Source: the human T2T-CHM13v2.0 reference genome, Homo sapiens. Taken from it: DNA of 64,000 nt. The position numbers and the translations under genes are program-made. Where the stretch lies: NCBI RefSeq assembly GCF_009914755.1, contig NC_060935.1. One strand, written 5' to 3'. The notes below the pieces were generated by a model. The model was not told the origin of the DNA, ran no database searches, and saw only the letters and a list, made by a program, of their open reading frames with translations. Numbering within the stretch: position 1 is the first letter of the stretch; the number at the start of each line of letters is the position of its first letter. Shown piece by piece: positions 39,351-52,679 of this stretch.

Positions 39351-42300
39351 CTATGCAGACTCACTGGTGAGTCCAGCTGGCTGGGAGGGCAGAGGGACGC
39401 TCAGCCCAGGGGAGGCCAGAGCATGGATAACCCGCACAGTGACAGCATGGCTGCTGTCGATGGGAACGGCACCAGCTCTACACCCACTGGAGGCTGGGGA
39501 CCATCTGCAGACACTGATGCTGAGGGGCAGCACCTGGCCCAGGGATAGCAGAGAAGGGTCTGTCTCATGTGCAAACCTGGTTGCCGGGTGTTGGCCAGGG
39601 TTGCTGGGCTGAGGATGATTTGGGAGGGAGAGTCTAGACGCTGGAGGAAAGAACTCTGTCATCAATTAGCTGTGTCTGCCGGCGCATGAGAGGGGAGTGG
39701 CGCCTTGTGGGTGTTATTTGCTCTCCTTGCCTAGAATGTGCAGAATTGCTTTTGTGCCATTTAAACTTTCTTTCCTCCCCTCCTTCCTGCTAGAAGATTT
39801 TCCAAGAGACGTTGCCATTTGTGAGCCCATCACTGCACGTGCCAGTCACCCATCAACCTTCCCTGGGTTCATGTGGACAGGACGAACGTGGGACCCGTAG
39901 TGTCTGGCCTGGACCCGGCCCCAGACATCCATGGCCACACCAGTTGCTCAAGAGCCAAAGAATCTTCCAAGCCAGCAGTGTGGGGCCCCAGCCCGTGCGA
40001 TTCACTGCTGTGCTCATTCCTGACAGCATGCTTTCCGCAGCCTCTGCTGTATGGTCCAGCAGCAAGGTACCCAGGTCTCGATATGTCTGGTTCCAGTTTC
40101 TTTTCTGAAAACCAAAACAGCTGTGTGTCTTGGATCTGAGGACACTGCACAATTCCTCTTATCCCCAAATACCTGCTTCCCCATGGGACATCCCAGTCCC
40201 TCAGAAGGGGCTGCTGAATAGCTTGCAGAACCCCTTAGCTCAGACCTTCTCCCCCACCCGAAAGCCGGGCAAGGAAAGCTGTTCCCATTTACAGATGAGG
40301 AAATTGAGGTTCTGAGAGGCGAGGGGAGCTGTAGATCACATGAGCACCCAGAGGCAAAGCTGGGATGGACGAGTGGGGGAAGCCATGGCCCCGTGTCCTG
40401 CACATGGGCTGAGTGCCCCATGGGGCACCTCTCTGAGTTCACCCGCACCGAATGCCAGCCGGTGGGGCTGGGCACAGGCACCGTGGCTGGTGGGAAACCT
40501 CCCCAGTTCCTTCTAAGGAGCATGCTGGACCCACACCCTCCCACAGAAGCTTTTCTGGAAACAAGCCTGATGACCTCAGCACATTTTTTCCAAACACACC
40601 CTTCCTCCCTCTCCCAAAATCTCAGTGACTTTGGACCATTTCCCTAAGGATTGGCTAAGGCAGGGCTGAGGGCCTTCTCAGGGGACTCCCTCCTTGAGCA
40701 GCCCTGCAGCCCCCATCCCACCCCAGCCACCGTCCTGGCCTGCTTAGCTGGGATCTTCAACAGAAAAACCACAAATAATTGAGCTGTTTAGGAGAACATC
40801 AGTCTGGGTTTCCATGGCAACAACCTCTGGAGCCAGCTGCCCCGACAGCTAACAGCTCAGGGCCAGGCCAGCCTGCCTCCAGTTCAGTGGCGGACCCGGA
40901 TCCACGCTGGCTTCTGGGGTTCCAGACTAGGAGCCTGGTCCTCCACAACAGAGGTCAGGCTGGGCACCAGGAGGGGAAGCCTAGAGGGCTGAAGCCAGAA
41001 ACCCCCAGAGCCATCCCCCCGCCCCAAATCATCACACACAGGCCAGCTGCTGGGGGCCGGCACAGCTTCAAGGCTTCACTTCTTCCCTTCTGGCCTCAGC
41101 CTCACCCTCCTGCAGGGCCAGTCCCACTCCCCCCAGCAGGGCAGGTGGGGAAACAGAGGCCCCGCAGGGATCTGTGGCTGGCCCCGGCACACAGCAGGCG
41201 CCTGGTTCCCGAGACCATTCTGCAATTTGTCTCAGCCTGTGGCTATTCCCACTCCTGGAGTACAGACAACCCCAGGGGCCTCTGCCTGCCCAGCCTCTAA
41301 GGAGCAGAGAGTCTTCTGCCCCTGCAGAATCCTAAGGGTAGCAGAGGCTGCGCTGGTTCCCTGGGCTTTATCTGCCCTTTCTTGTTCTCTCCCCATAAAA
41401 AGCCTACTCTCTTTACCCATTTTGTTTATGAGAAAAGGAAGGCACGGAGAGGGCAAGGAAGTCACCCGGAGTCACACAGCTCCTAAGCAGCAGGGCCCGG
41501 GTGGAGCCAGGACAGTTCATAACCTGTGCCATCTGGGAGCATCATCAATCCCACCACACCTGGGGTTGCCAGGCTGCCCACAGTCCCCCACCCAGCATAG
41601 AACCGACTTTTGAGGGACACAGCCTCTTGGAGACTCTGAAGCCGCTCAGCAGACAACTCCCTGGTGCCCCACAGGGCTCATGCCCTGTGCCTGGGACCCC
41701 ACCCGGGGGGTACAGAGAGAAATAAGAGTGGGCTGCTACCAACCTGAACCTTGCCATTGGGTGGAAGGGAGAGTTTTGTGGACCAACTGCCACTAAGCCA
41801 TGAAACAACATAGGTGTGGCTCTACCTGGCAGCAAGTCTCACCAGGAAAGGTTTCCGAAAGAGGGAGGACTGGGGAGAGGGCAGGGTGAAGTCCTCCATG
41901 TGATGGGACCAGGAGCCCACAGACCACCGGGAGGCCCAGCCAGGGGCTGTGGGAGATGGAGCTGTGCTGGAGCCACTGCTGAGTGGGTGATGGGTGGGGC
42001 CGGAGCAGCGCCGTATGCAAAGAGAGAGGAGCTAACAACTCTGCAACCAAAGAGCAACTAGAGAAAAGAAGCCTGTCTTTTATTTGTGGATTTGTGACTT
42101 TACGTACCTACTTTGTCACAAAAAGAAGATTCTAGGAGGCTTACAAAATTACAAAAATGCACACAATACAATGTGATTTTTAGTAGGTGAGGAAAACATA
42201 AGATGAAGCAGAAGTCAAAATATATGCCCTAAGTCCTCAATGTGTACTGTGTGATGTAGTAGTAAAATTGACTCTGAGTTCCCCGGCAGCCAATGTGAAA

Positions 42301-42650
42301 AGGAAAACACACCCTGCCTTTGAATTTACAAGGAGCATGGGATAAAACTAACAAGCTGCTGGGAGACACTGGGCTACAGCTACTTCTGAAAAAGAAGAGG
42401 AACTTCTTATCAGGATCATGTTGACAGTGTCAGCATGAATAGCAACTGGACAGTGTCCCAGCACACACACAGGGATGCCTCTGGCCCATTTTAATCATAG
42501 CATCCCTGGGGACAAGAGGTTGGCTCAGGCCCCCTGCAAGGGATAAGCTGAGGTAGAGGGGCCTGCAGCTGTCTGGTGGCTGCGCCTGAAGAGGCTTGAG
42601 CACAGCTTCGAGGGTGAGGCATAGTGGAATCCAAACCTTGCAACTCCCAT

Positions 42651-42702
42651 GGGGATGGGGACTTTGCAGAATCCCACAAGATTCTGCAAAGTCCCCGTCC
42701 CC
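42651..42702. other. Near-perfect inverted repeat (23-bp stem, 6-nt loop)
   Basis: ggggatggggactttgcagaatc-ccacaa-gattctgcaaagtccccgtcccc. 22 of 23 pairs are Watson-Crick; the other is G:U on the + strand. Confidence 0.95.
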
Positions 42703-42756
42703 CGCTCCTGCCCTCCTTCCAGTTGGAACTAAGTTACAGAAGCACCCACTTGGAGC

Positions 42757-42928
42757 CTGGTGCTCAGACTTGGCTGCAAGCTGCAATCACCTGGGAGTTT
42801 ACAAAGTTACTGGGCGCTGGGTTCCACCCCCAGTTCTGACCTAATCTGTCCGGGGTGCGGTCTGGGCATGAAAAGTTTTTCAGGCTCTCCAGGTGATTCT
42901 CGTGTGCAGCCAAGTTAGAGAACACTGA
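42757..42928. mobile_element. MER5A/MER5A1 MITE
   Basis: 'tgctcagacttggctgca...aatcacctgggag' and 'ccaggtgattctcgtgtgcagccaagttagagaacactg'. Confidence 0.85.
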
Positions 42929-43944
42929 CTCCCGGGGAGGTGGATTACCTGTCCTCCCGGCAAAGCGCAGGACTCGCAGTTTGGCAAGCTTCCAGCAGCA
43001 GCGAGTTCGGGTGGCTCCGTGGGGAGCCTTACCCCAAGGCGACAGCTGGGTGGAGGGTGCCCCCCAACAAGCCGTGGGGCTGAAGGGAAGCCACCCACCT
43101 CAGAGCAGGGGTTCACCATCAGCCATGGGGGTCCTCAAAAAATAATGTGGGTGGGCTCTTCTTCTAAGCGCCAGTTATATAAGTGATCTGGACCTGTAAT
43201 TTTATTCCTTAGATAAGCTTTTCCCCAAGATTGTGTTCTGCATGGCGCTCATTTCATGATGGTGTGAGTCAGTGGCACGCCAGAAGATATGCCATGGCAA
43301 AGAGGCTGTGGAGCCCGTGGCAGCCAACATTAAGCAGAGATTTTTCACAGCCAAAGATGCTGACTCAGCTCTCGTGCCCGGTTCCCCAAACTCTGGGCCA
43401 TGAAACCCTATTTTCCAGATCTAGTGTTTTTCAGGAGCTGGTTTCATGGCACTGTGTTCTACAGCCTATTCATTGAGAAAGGCTGCTGTAATAATTTCAG
43501 CCAAACCTGATTATTAAAAAAAAAAATCATTAATTAAGGAGCTCTAGGGGCCAACAGAAGCAGAACACCAAGCTTTGGATGCAGAGGCTTCCTGAAGGAA
43601 CCTTGGAGATAAAGTAGCTGAAACATGTACGCGCAGGTAACCCAATGAGTCGAATCAGACTTGTTAGCGCTGTGTTGGCTAAATGTTGAAAGAGGTTTAC
43701 TAAAAATGACAATTCACGTTTTGGAACAATTGAATCTATGCCATTCTTTCTGGCAGTAGTCCAATCCTAGGTCCAATCACCTGTTTAAGGAGATTTTCAG
43801 CTGGTGACAAAATAATTCCATTAATAAGACTTAATATTTTTAATATAAGGAAAAAAATACTATAAATCAACAGAAAAGGACAAAGGACAAGAAAAAAAAA
43901 CAATGGAAAAACTAAGAAATGCAGGCAGCCAACAGAGGCCTGGT

Positions 43945-44310
43945 GAATAGGCTGGGTTATGCCACAGTAAAAAGCATCCTCCCCAAAGCTGAGTGACTTA
44001 AACCACAATGTCTGTTTTTTGCTCACGCTCCGTGGCAAGTGAGAGTCCCAGGCCTTTCTTCCCATCAGTCTAGAGCAGAGGCTTTCGGAGGCTCAATCTC
44101 AGCCTGGGCTCTAAGATCTCAGGAGGACCAGGGACAGTGGAAGGAGTGAACATTTACTGGCTCTTAAAGTTCCATCCAGAAGCAACACACACTGCTTTCA
44201 CTTGCACCCCCTTGGTCAAAAAAGTCCCGTGACCACACCCACTCTCAGAGCTGGTGAGGAGTGCAATCTTACCTGAGCCCTGGAGGAGAAACCAAATTCA
44301 GTGGGAACAA
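43945..44310 (-). mobile_element. Old MaLR LTR (MLT1J/K-like)
   Basis: 'ggctgggttatgccacagtaa...agtgacttaaaccacaa' and 'ttggtcaaaaaagtcccgtgaccacaccc'. Confidence 0.6.
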
Positions 44311-45529
44311 AGACGACATCAGAACAACCAGGAGACACTGTGCAATTGTTTGCCAAAGTTGACAAAAGCTAAAGCAAAAGTGAATGGAAACTTGCCTTTA
44401 GGCAGTTTATCTTTTTAGCCTTTTGGTGGAGAGAAGGGAAGAGAGAGGGCTGGGGACCTGGGGAGGAGTGGGGACATCCAGCTCAGTGCCAGGGAAAGTG
44501 ATGTCAGGCACAGGTTAGGGAAGGGCAGGGCAGAACACCTCTCGCTGGCTCTGCTGGAAGGTCACTCATGCACAGTGGTTCTCATTAGGATTAGGATGCA
44601 AGCACCTTAGAAGCACCCTTTGCCTTGCGGATGCCTGTGGCTAATCCTCACGCAGAGAGAAAGGCCGAGGGAAGGTCAGGACAAACAGCATATCCTCATC
44701 TTCCCCCTGGGGTTTTCCAGGACCGGATGATAGGACAATAGTCAATAACAGGAGACCAAGAAGCAAAGACCACCTATGCCACGGAAGAAACTTGCAATGT
44801 ATGAATAAGGAAAGTGGCCATTGCAGGGATTATCCAGCCCAGGCGTCAAGGTGTCTAGGAAGACATGAGACCTACGTGAGTAGGCGGTGCGGTGGGGTTA
44901 GGGAGTGTGGCTGTGGTTTATGAAAATGAGCTTCTGATCAGAGGGGCCTTATCTAGAGAGTCAGCAAAGCAAGGTGAGTTAGAGGCCAGGGTCAGAGCCG
45001 CCCTTCAGGGAGGCCCCGAGGAGTCTCAGAGGCTGGGCCCTGGAGCCCAGGTGGGCACATTGCCAGGACCCAGGCGGACAGACACTGGGATGTGTACATT
45101 TCAGGGGAGCTGGTCTCAGCTTCTAGACCTGAAGAAAGCCGTCAGCCCTGACCTCACCACCCAGATTCTCATTCTGCCCTGGTACTAGAACATTGACCCA
45201 AACACAGACAGAAGAGAGGAGAGAGGGCACTGGGAAGAAGCAGCTAGAGGTGGGAAGGATGGGGGGAAGGTGCTGCCAAGAAAATGAGGCGTTTCTGGAA
45301 GGTGGTGGTCTTCATGTCAAAGCCAGCAGAGCCAAGTACAAATTGGGCAAAAGACCCACCTGGGTGTCCTCTGCAAGACAGGGCTCCGGGAGTAGCCAGG
45401 ACAAAGGGCACAGAATTCCTTACAGCAAGAGCAGTTTCACTGATTTACTAATAGGTCATATTTAGCGAGCATTGGCCCGCACTGGTCATAGGCCATGCAC
45501 TGAGCTAGGTATTGGGGAAGTGGTTTGTC

Positions 45530-45690
45530 CACTCGTTCATTCATTTATTCATTCATTCCATGGGTTTCTTGCGCATCCACTGTGGGCCAGGCGCTGTGCT
45601 AGGTGCTTGGAATGAGGCGGTGAACTGAGTAGATACAGTGTCTGCCGCAGACTCCAGTCTCATAGAGGAGACAGACAGGAAGTGCGTAAA
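45530..45690 (-). mobile_element. L2 3' end
   Basis: 'ttcattcatttattcattcattc...ctgtgggccaggcgctgtgctaggtgctt'. Confidence 0.75.
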
Positions 45691-45749
45691 CCTGTAATAG
45701 GATAGAAAAATGGGGTACAAGGTGACAGGGTGGTCACGGAGTCATAGCG

Positions 45750-45935
45750 GTTAGTGTTTCCTAAGCACAAACTCAGTACCTTGAATGTGTCAAAGCCATT
45801 TTCATCCTCACCGCAGGAGAAAGTTCTGTTATTTCCCCCATTCCACAGAGGAGGAAGCTAAGTCACAGAGAGCCAAGGTGACCTGCCCAGGGTCCCACAG
45901 CTCATAAGGGGTAGCCTGGGAAGTTGAAGCCAGGC
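45750..45935 (-). mobile_element. MIR
   Basis: 'ttatttccccattccacagaggaggaagctaag...gtgacctgcccagggtcccacagct'. Confidence 0.7.
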
Positions 45936-46849
45936 AGACCAGCTGCAGAAAACCCACAGGAACCTCAGTGCAAGGTGGTTTTATTGGGGCTGAGGCCTCA
46001 AGCAGGGGAATGTGGCCTCCTGAGACACTCTGGGCGGCCAGGGCCTGCCTGAGGTGGGACCAAGCATGGTGGAGTGGCTGGAGCCCGGTGGGGAAGGGAA
46101 GGAGGGAGAAGGCCTTGGCAGGAGCAGACATGAAAAGCAGGTTGATTTTATTCTACTTGAAACGGGATGCCATTGATGCCGCCTCGCTGTGGTGGAAGCG
46201 GACACGGGGCGGCCGGAGCCAGGCGTTCTGGGGTCAAGGCCACAGTGTATTTTAAATGGTCGGAGATGGGTGTACAGCGCAGGTTTCTGGGCCCACTTCC
46301 AGAGATTCTATCGTTGCAGGTCTGGGCAGGGGCTCCGGGGCCGCCTTTGAAACTCTCTCCAATGCACACACACCCACTGTGAGCCTCTGGACGCACTCCT
46401 GCCCCCAGGAAACTGAAACTCCCTGTGGATACCAGGGCCCTCCTCCCAGAGGAAGAACAGTTGAGCTGCTCCCTGATGGAAGAAAGACAGTTCCAGAACA
46501 CGTGACGGTGAGGACAAGAATTTCAAGCCAGGGGGAAGACATGAAGGAAGGACCGGACACCTGGAGGTGGAAATCGCAGACAAGGGCTGAGCTGGAGGGG
46601 GCTTTGGGGTGACTGGATCACAGAGGGTAGAAAGGGGTGAAGCAAGCCTGGGTCATAAGTTGGGGCTCCTTCAAAGCAGCCACAGACCCAGGGGGAGAGG
46701 CTGTGGGCACAGCTAAGCCCCTCGTTTGGTTGGTGAACTCTGACCCTCCTGAGGCAATCCTAGTAATCATAGCAGCAATACGCATTGCATTTTCGGGGTG
46801 GGCCAGGCCGGGCACTACCCACATTCCTAGCAGTGATTGTATTTGATCT

Positions 46850-47145
46850 GTTTGGTTTTGTCTGAGACAAGGTCTTGTGCTGTCGCCCAGGTTGGAGTGC
46901 AGTGGCACAATCACGACTCTCTGAACCTCAACCTCCCAAGCCCAAGCAATCTTCTAGCCTCAGCTTTCCAAGTGACTGGGACCCCAGGTGTGTGCCACCA
47001 TGCCCAGCTCATTTCTTTATTTTTTTGTAGAGATGAGGTTTCACTGTGTTCTCCAGGCTGGTTTCAAATTCCTGGGCTCAAGTGATCCTCCTGCCTCAGC
47101 CTCCCGAAGTGCTGGGATTATGGGTGTGAGCCACCGTGCTGGGCC
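46850..47145 (-). mobile_element. AluJ-type element, inserted in a MIR
   Basis: Diverged dimer with J-type 'cctgggctcaagtgatcctcctgcctcagcctccc'. Flanked by 'atttgatc' repeats. Confidence 0.9.
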
Positions 47146-48099
47146 TCATTTGATCCTTTTAACAGCTCTGTAAGCAGATGCAATGATCACCTCCAATCTA
47201 TTGGTGGAATAACTGGGGCTCGAGTCAGACCACATGAGCCATCATTAGCAGAGGCTAGGTCTCTTTGGGGACCAAGCCTTCAGATAATAAAAATAGCCGT
47301 ACGGACAGTAACACAAACCCACCTCACTTATCCAAATTCTGAAATCCAAAAACCTCTGAATCCCAGAATTTTCTCATAACTTACTTGGCATCAAAACCTG
47401 ACCTGGAATTTTTGGCAACAGAAAAAGTTCCACCAGAACAAATCTTCACTTGTGTTCTTTAGGGTGAACAGCCATCTGTTTCGTGGATTCGAATACGGGA
47501 CACAGCCCAGCCGCACTGGGAGGGTTGCAATAATAGATGATATTCTCACCCAATTCCCTTTCTAAAATCCACAAAAAGGCCCAGTCTTTTGGCAGAAGGG
47601 TGGCCTTTGGCCCTTCTGCAAAGATCCTGCTGTCAGTTGGAAGGAGGTCAGGAGTCCACATTTCTAGTTCCCGTCCTGCCACTCCTGGTTTCTCTCTGTG
47701 GCAGAATGGAAGCGGCTCCTGAGTGAGGCTGCCGGGCAGGTGAATAAGAAGCTCCCTGAATGAAGCCCCCTGCACGAAGGGAAGCTGTCGGCCACCCTGT
47801 TTCTGGGACTGATGGCCCTTGAGGAAGGGTTGGTCTTATTGCCCCGTGGGAAAGAGATTTGGGTCCAGGAGACCTGGGTCCTCGTGGTGGAGCTCCCTTC
47901 TATAGGTGGAATAATTGGGGCTCATCGTGGCCTCATTTTTCTCTTTGCAAAGCATGAGGACTGGGAGCAGAGATCAGCAGTCCCCACGACTGGGGCCGCC
48001 TGGGACGCGCTAAGCCGGACACAAGGCATTTTCTCAGACCCAGCCCCCCCAGACCCCCCAGGCCCCCAGGTCCTAGGACGAGCTCTGCACACCTCGTGC

Positions 48100-48870
48100 T
48101 TTCATTGACGGGTGGTCAGGCCCAGCGTCCTCGCTTTCCGTGACTAGTCCTGCTTTTCGGGGTGGAGAGCAGGGGCCTTCCCGGAGCCTCGATTCCCACG
48201 GGTGGGGGCCTGGGAGGGGGCCGTGGTGGGCGCTGAGCAGGCCCAGGGAGGCCGCGCACCCCCGGCCCCCTCGCCGCCCGTCGTCCAGGCGGCCCCGGAG
48301 CCGGCTGCGGGCAGCAAGGGCCGCGGGGCCCCGCGCTCAATGTCTGCCCCACTCAAACCCCAGGGTAGGGAAGGATTTCCATGGGGCTTACGGTGATTTA
48401 TAATGGGAAACCTCCGCTTTCCTCACACATTGTTCTCCCTGACAGAGGAAAGAAAGAGGGCACTAAATCTCCTCTCATCATAGTAATGATGAAGCCCGCG
48501 GCGTCCCGGCCCCATCCCAATGCCCTCGACGACAACAAAGTGCTCTATTGTGATCTATTACATTTTTCTCAAAAAACCTTCAACCGCGCACAAGGCCAGC
48601 GCCATATCCTGCACTGGCCCTCCCTCATTGTCCTCGCCGAGGGAAACGGAATGTGTCAGTCTGAGTAATGCGCCTTCAATGCTTCTCAGGAGCCGCTGGC
48701 TCGGCCGGGATAAAGCAGCCCCCACGCTTTCTCAGGCCCCGGCCCGGGATGAAAGCTGCCCGCGCCGCCGGGCAGCCACCGCGCCACCTGGTCCACGGGC
48801 CGGGGCCAGTTCGGCCGGCAGGGCTGGTGGCCGGCCCCTTCCCTGCTCTCACCCCCAATCGTAGGCCCGG
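48100..48870. promoter_or_regulatory. CpG island with an AT-richer SOX-motif core (candidate enhancer/promoter)
   Basis: CpG-dense flanks (48200-48340, 48690-48840) around a core with cattgt, acaaag and tattgt motifs. Confidence 0.65.
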
Positions 48871-50439
48871 GAGGGTGAGAATGGGGGCAGGGGGGACTAG
48901 GAGAGGGGAAGCAGAGGGTTACAGGGGCAACAGGGAGCCGGCCTTCAGGAGCTGGAGGGGAAAATGAGGGACTCAAGAGCTGGGAGGAAGCAGGTATGGG
49001 GGAATGAGCCTGGCCACAATCCTGGGGCGACACTGCCTTGCTCTGCCCTGCCCCACACAGCCCCAGCCCCAGCCCCTGCCCTGCGGGTGACCAAGAGGCT
49101 GCAACTCCCACCACAGTCTGAATTACAAAGCCCTAAACACACCCTTCCCATGGCTTCCATGTGCATGGCTATCAAAATCAAACCCGGCTACCTACATGGT
49201 GTCATTCATTCATTCACTCACATGCATTCATTCTCACTCTGATGGGTGCTTTAATGAGTGGGGAATGGGCAGGTGCAGGTGGGGGGCAGGGGTGAAGGTG
49301 GTTCTGCCTGCCCCTTGGGTCCCACCTGATGCCGTGATCCCCAGCAGGACCTGCTGCATCTGCTGCAGGACCCTGTGCCAAGTGAGAATGCAGACTCCTG
49401 TGTTTCCCAAAACTGCTGCAGGCTGTTCAGCGGGGACAGCATAGCATTGAACCAAACGCTGACACCTACTGAGGCTGGCCTTGTGTGACCGCACCATCGC
49501 CAGCCGTCTGGCCCTGCTCTTCATAACTCTCCATTCCCTCCGCGTGCTGGGACTCGGCCCATGCAAGGGCGTTGACTCCAGGGTGGGGGAGTTGTCAGCC
49601 TGTGACTGAGTCTGGCCTCCCTCTTGCTGACCGGGTGAGGCTGAGCCTACACATACTTGACAACTCTGGAAAATCGGGGGTTCAACCAGACAAACTCAAA
49701 GCCCCCTACAGCCCAGCTCCACACCCCAGCTCCACACACAATGCAGTGTTCACCCCATGACTGCTGTGGACCCCTGCTCTGCAATCGCTCGCCGGCGATT
49801 GAGGGTTTGCAGTGGTAAGGACCTTGAAGGTCACCTCGTCCAACTGCTTTATTGATTAGATGGGGAAACTGAGGCCCAGAGTCCATCTCCAGCCCCCACG
49901 TGGCCGCCTGCCTGCCCTTATGAGCCTCCCCTCCAAGGAGCAGCAGGCTGTGAAAGGCAGGCCCCAGTCTCCCCTCCAGCTGGTCTTCAGCAGCTGGACC
50001 AGAGCAGAGCTGACCAGGAGCAAGCCTGGACCACAGAGTTGCATGTGGTCCCCAGACCTCTGCGGCTGTCACTCACTGTGCCCAGAGGAAGAACAAGGCC
50101 AGTCTTCCAGATAGCTGGGCCCTGGAGGGACCCAAGAAGAGCCTGTCTCCAAGGGCCTGTGCTGCTCCGGCATCCTTTTCCTGGGGAAATCAAGACGCCA
50201 CCTCAGGGCCTCTTGGCCAGTGTGGAGCCTCTGCCTGGGCACCAGGACCCAATATTCTCACAGGCCTTCATGCCTGCCCCCATAAGCCTGAGTATAGACA
50301 AACTGGCAAGATGGGCTCTGAGGCTGTGTGCCAGCTGGAGATGCAAGGTGAGAGGGCAGAGACACTGTGGCAGGTAGGAGCTCGCCCCAAGCTGGTACCT
50401 TCTCATGGAAGAATTGAGGGAGCGGACTGAGAACAAACA

Positions 50440-50900
50440 CCCTACCCAGCCATGCCGTTTGCAAAGAGACTCTACAGTGTCTCCCGTGGAGAATGGGGTT
50501 ATGTCTCCCCACCCTGAACCTGGACTTGCTGTATGACTCACTTTGACCAACAGAATATGGTGGAAGTGGCAGAGTGCTGATTCTAGCCCAGGCCTCCAGG
50601 GACCTTGCGTGCTGCCCTGTGGTCTCACACCTCCACACAGCCCTGGCAGCCTGCAAGAGAATGACAAATTTGTGGGGCCAAGCCAAGCTGGTCCAGATGT
50701 TCCAGCCAAAGCCCAGAGATAAGAGAGAACCCAGGCAATATCAGTGATGCTGCCTACCTGACTTGCTGCTGATGCTGGACACACCAGTGAGCCCAGCCCA
50801 AAGCAGAAAACCACCAAGCTGAGCCCAGCCTTATCTGCCAAGCTAAAGATTCAGACATTGTTTTAAGCCCTGTGTTTTGGGATAGTTTGTAATGCAGAAA
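50440..50900 (+). mobile_element. MLT1F/H-type LTR
   Basis: 'tgactcactttgaccaacagaatatggtggaagtg...ctagcccaggcctc' and the terminus 'ttgttttaagcc..gttttgggatagtttgtaatgcag'. Confidence 0.75.
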
Positions 50901-52679
50901 TTAATTGCATCTACAGTGCCAGGCGGCTAAAAAAGCCACTGTTCACACAGTTGCTGTCTTTCTCTCTTTTCTTCAGTATCAATTCTTTCCCTACCCTAGA
51001 AGCTCAGCTCAAGTACCCCCTGCCCTGAAGCCTGTTCTGACCATGCCAGCCTGTAGTGTGGAGACAGCAAAGTGTAGCAGAAAGAGCTCTGCAAAAGGGA
51101 GTGGAAAGCCCCACTTCACAGCATCATTCACTCATTCCCTGAGATTTGTGCAGAGGAGACCCAGAAAGCAGGGCAGGGAGCCAGCCTTCCCATAGCTTCC
51201 AGTCGAATGGCAGAGACAGGCTAGGAGACAGACAAGGACCACATGGCCTCTTCCCTGCTCTAGTCAGGTAAGCCCATGGGAATGCAAAAACTTTCCCAGG
51301 AAAACATGGTGTCCAGACCTGAGCCCACGTCCCTGGCTACCTCACTGGCCCACCTCTGACAATTTCCTGTGTCCTGTGGACTCTGGCCCCACTGGATTGG
51401 AAGGGCCAGGAAGGCAGACAAGGAGGCACTTCCTCTACATCTCACAGTGCAGACAGGACCCAGGCTAGCGTGCCACCCTCAGAGGTACTTGGAAAACCTT
51501 TGCTCAGTTGGACTGGATGAGACTGGGTTGCACTGAATTGAATTAACTGAGTTCAGTGGAAATGAACTAAATCAAATCAATAACACCCTTGTCTGGCAGT
51601 AACACAGTCTCATCTCCAACAATGTCTCTAGGGTGGGAACCATGTTTCACCCACTCTGGTCTCCCCCTCCAGATGAGCACAGGGCTGGGAAGTAGGCCAG
51701 GGCTCGAGGCTGTTTGGCTGACACAGGTTGACCATATTTGTAAAGATTGCCTCTCCTCTGGATCCAAAAACTCCAGAATAGGAATTGTCTACCCATCTCC
51801 TTCATCTGTGTTTATGCCGCGATTTTTGGAGGGTAGGGGGCTCCAACCGTGGGCCAGAGGCTTTGCTGGGTCTTGGGGATGTTAGGGTAAATTCCCTTAT
51901 TTAAGTGATCTTGTTTATGATTTATTATTATTTAATTTGCTTACTTTGCTGCCTCCAGGGCCCAGCAGAATTTGCTGAGCCCCAAAGCTCATGACCCGGC
52001 AGGTGAGGTGAGCACAAAGAAGCCTCAGAGGTGGGGGTGGAGGGAAAGCTACGCAGGAGCTCTGCGGAAGGCGCAAGGGGTGTTCGGGGCACACGAGGGG
52101 TGTTCTGCCCCAACAGTGGGGTCCGGGAAGGCTTCACAGATGAGGGAACCCGGGCAAAAATCACACACAGGACTTGGCAGGATGGGCACAGCAGAGTAGC
52201 AGTTCTGGAGGAGACAGAAGCCTGAACCTGCGTGTCGGGTTGGCACAGCCAGAGGTGGCCAGGGAGGGGTAGGTCAAGGAGGCCTTCCTTGCCTCCTTGA
52301 GGAGTTCAGGGTTGTCCCAAAAGCAAGTGAGGAAACCTGGAGGATGGCGTGATTGATGGTGCCACGGTTCCCAGGCCTTCCCCACTCCCAGATCCATGCC
52401 CTCTGCTGCGTGACTTTGCTGTTCCTCACCTGGACATGCGCACCTCCTGCCCCACAGAGGCTGGGCTCCAGCCAACGGGCCATGGGCAGCAGTGGTGGGA
52501 ACAGAGGTTTGAATTGTCCCTGCACAGAGCCAATGCTGAGAGCAGGTGCCCAGCAGCTGCCGACCCCAGGAAGCAGAGAGGCCTTGTGCAGACCCAGAGC
52601 CTGAGCCCAGCCGAGCCCCCTGGAACCAGCCTCATCCCCTCCCATTGCTTCCCGGGGTCGCTTCCCAAATCAGATGCTG

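Noticed and set aside
47300-47410. Possible ancient DNA-transposon fragment ('ttatccaaattctgaaatccaaaaa...caaaacctgacctg')
   Set aside because: It looks repeat-like, but I cannot assign family or ends with confidence.
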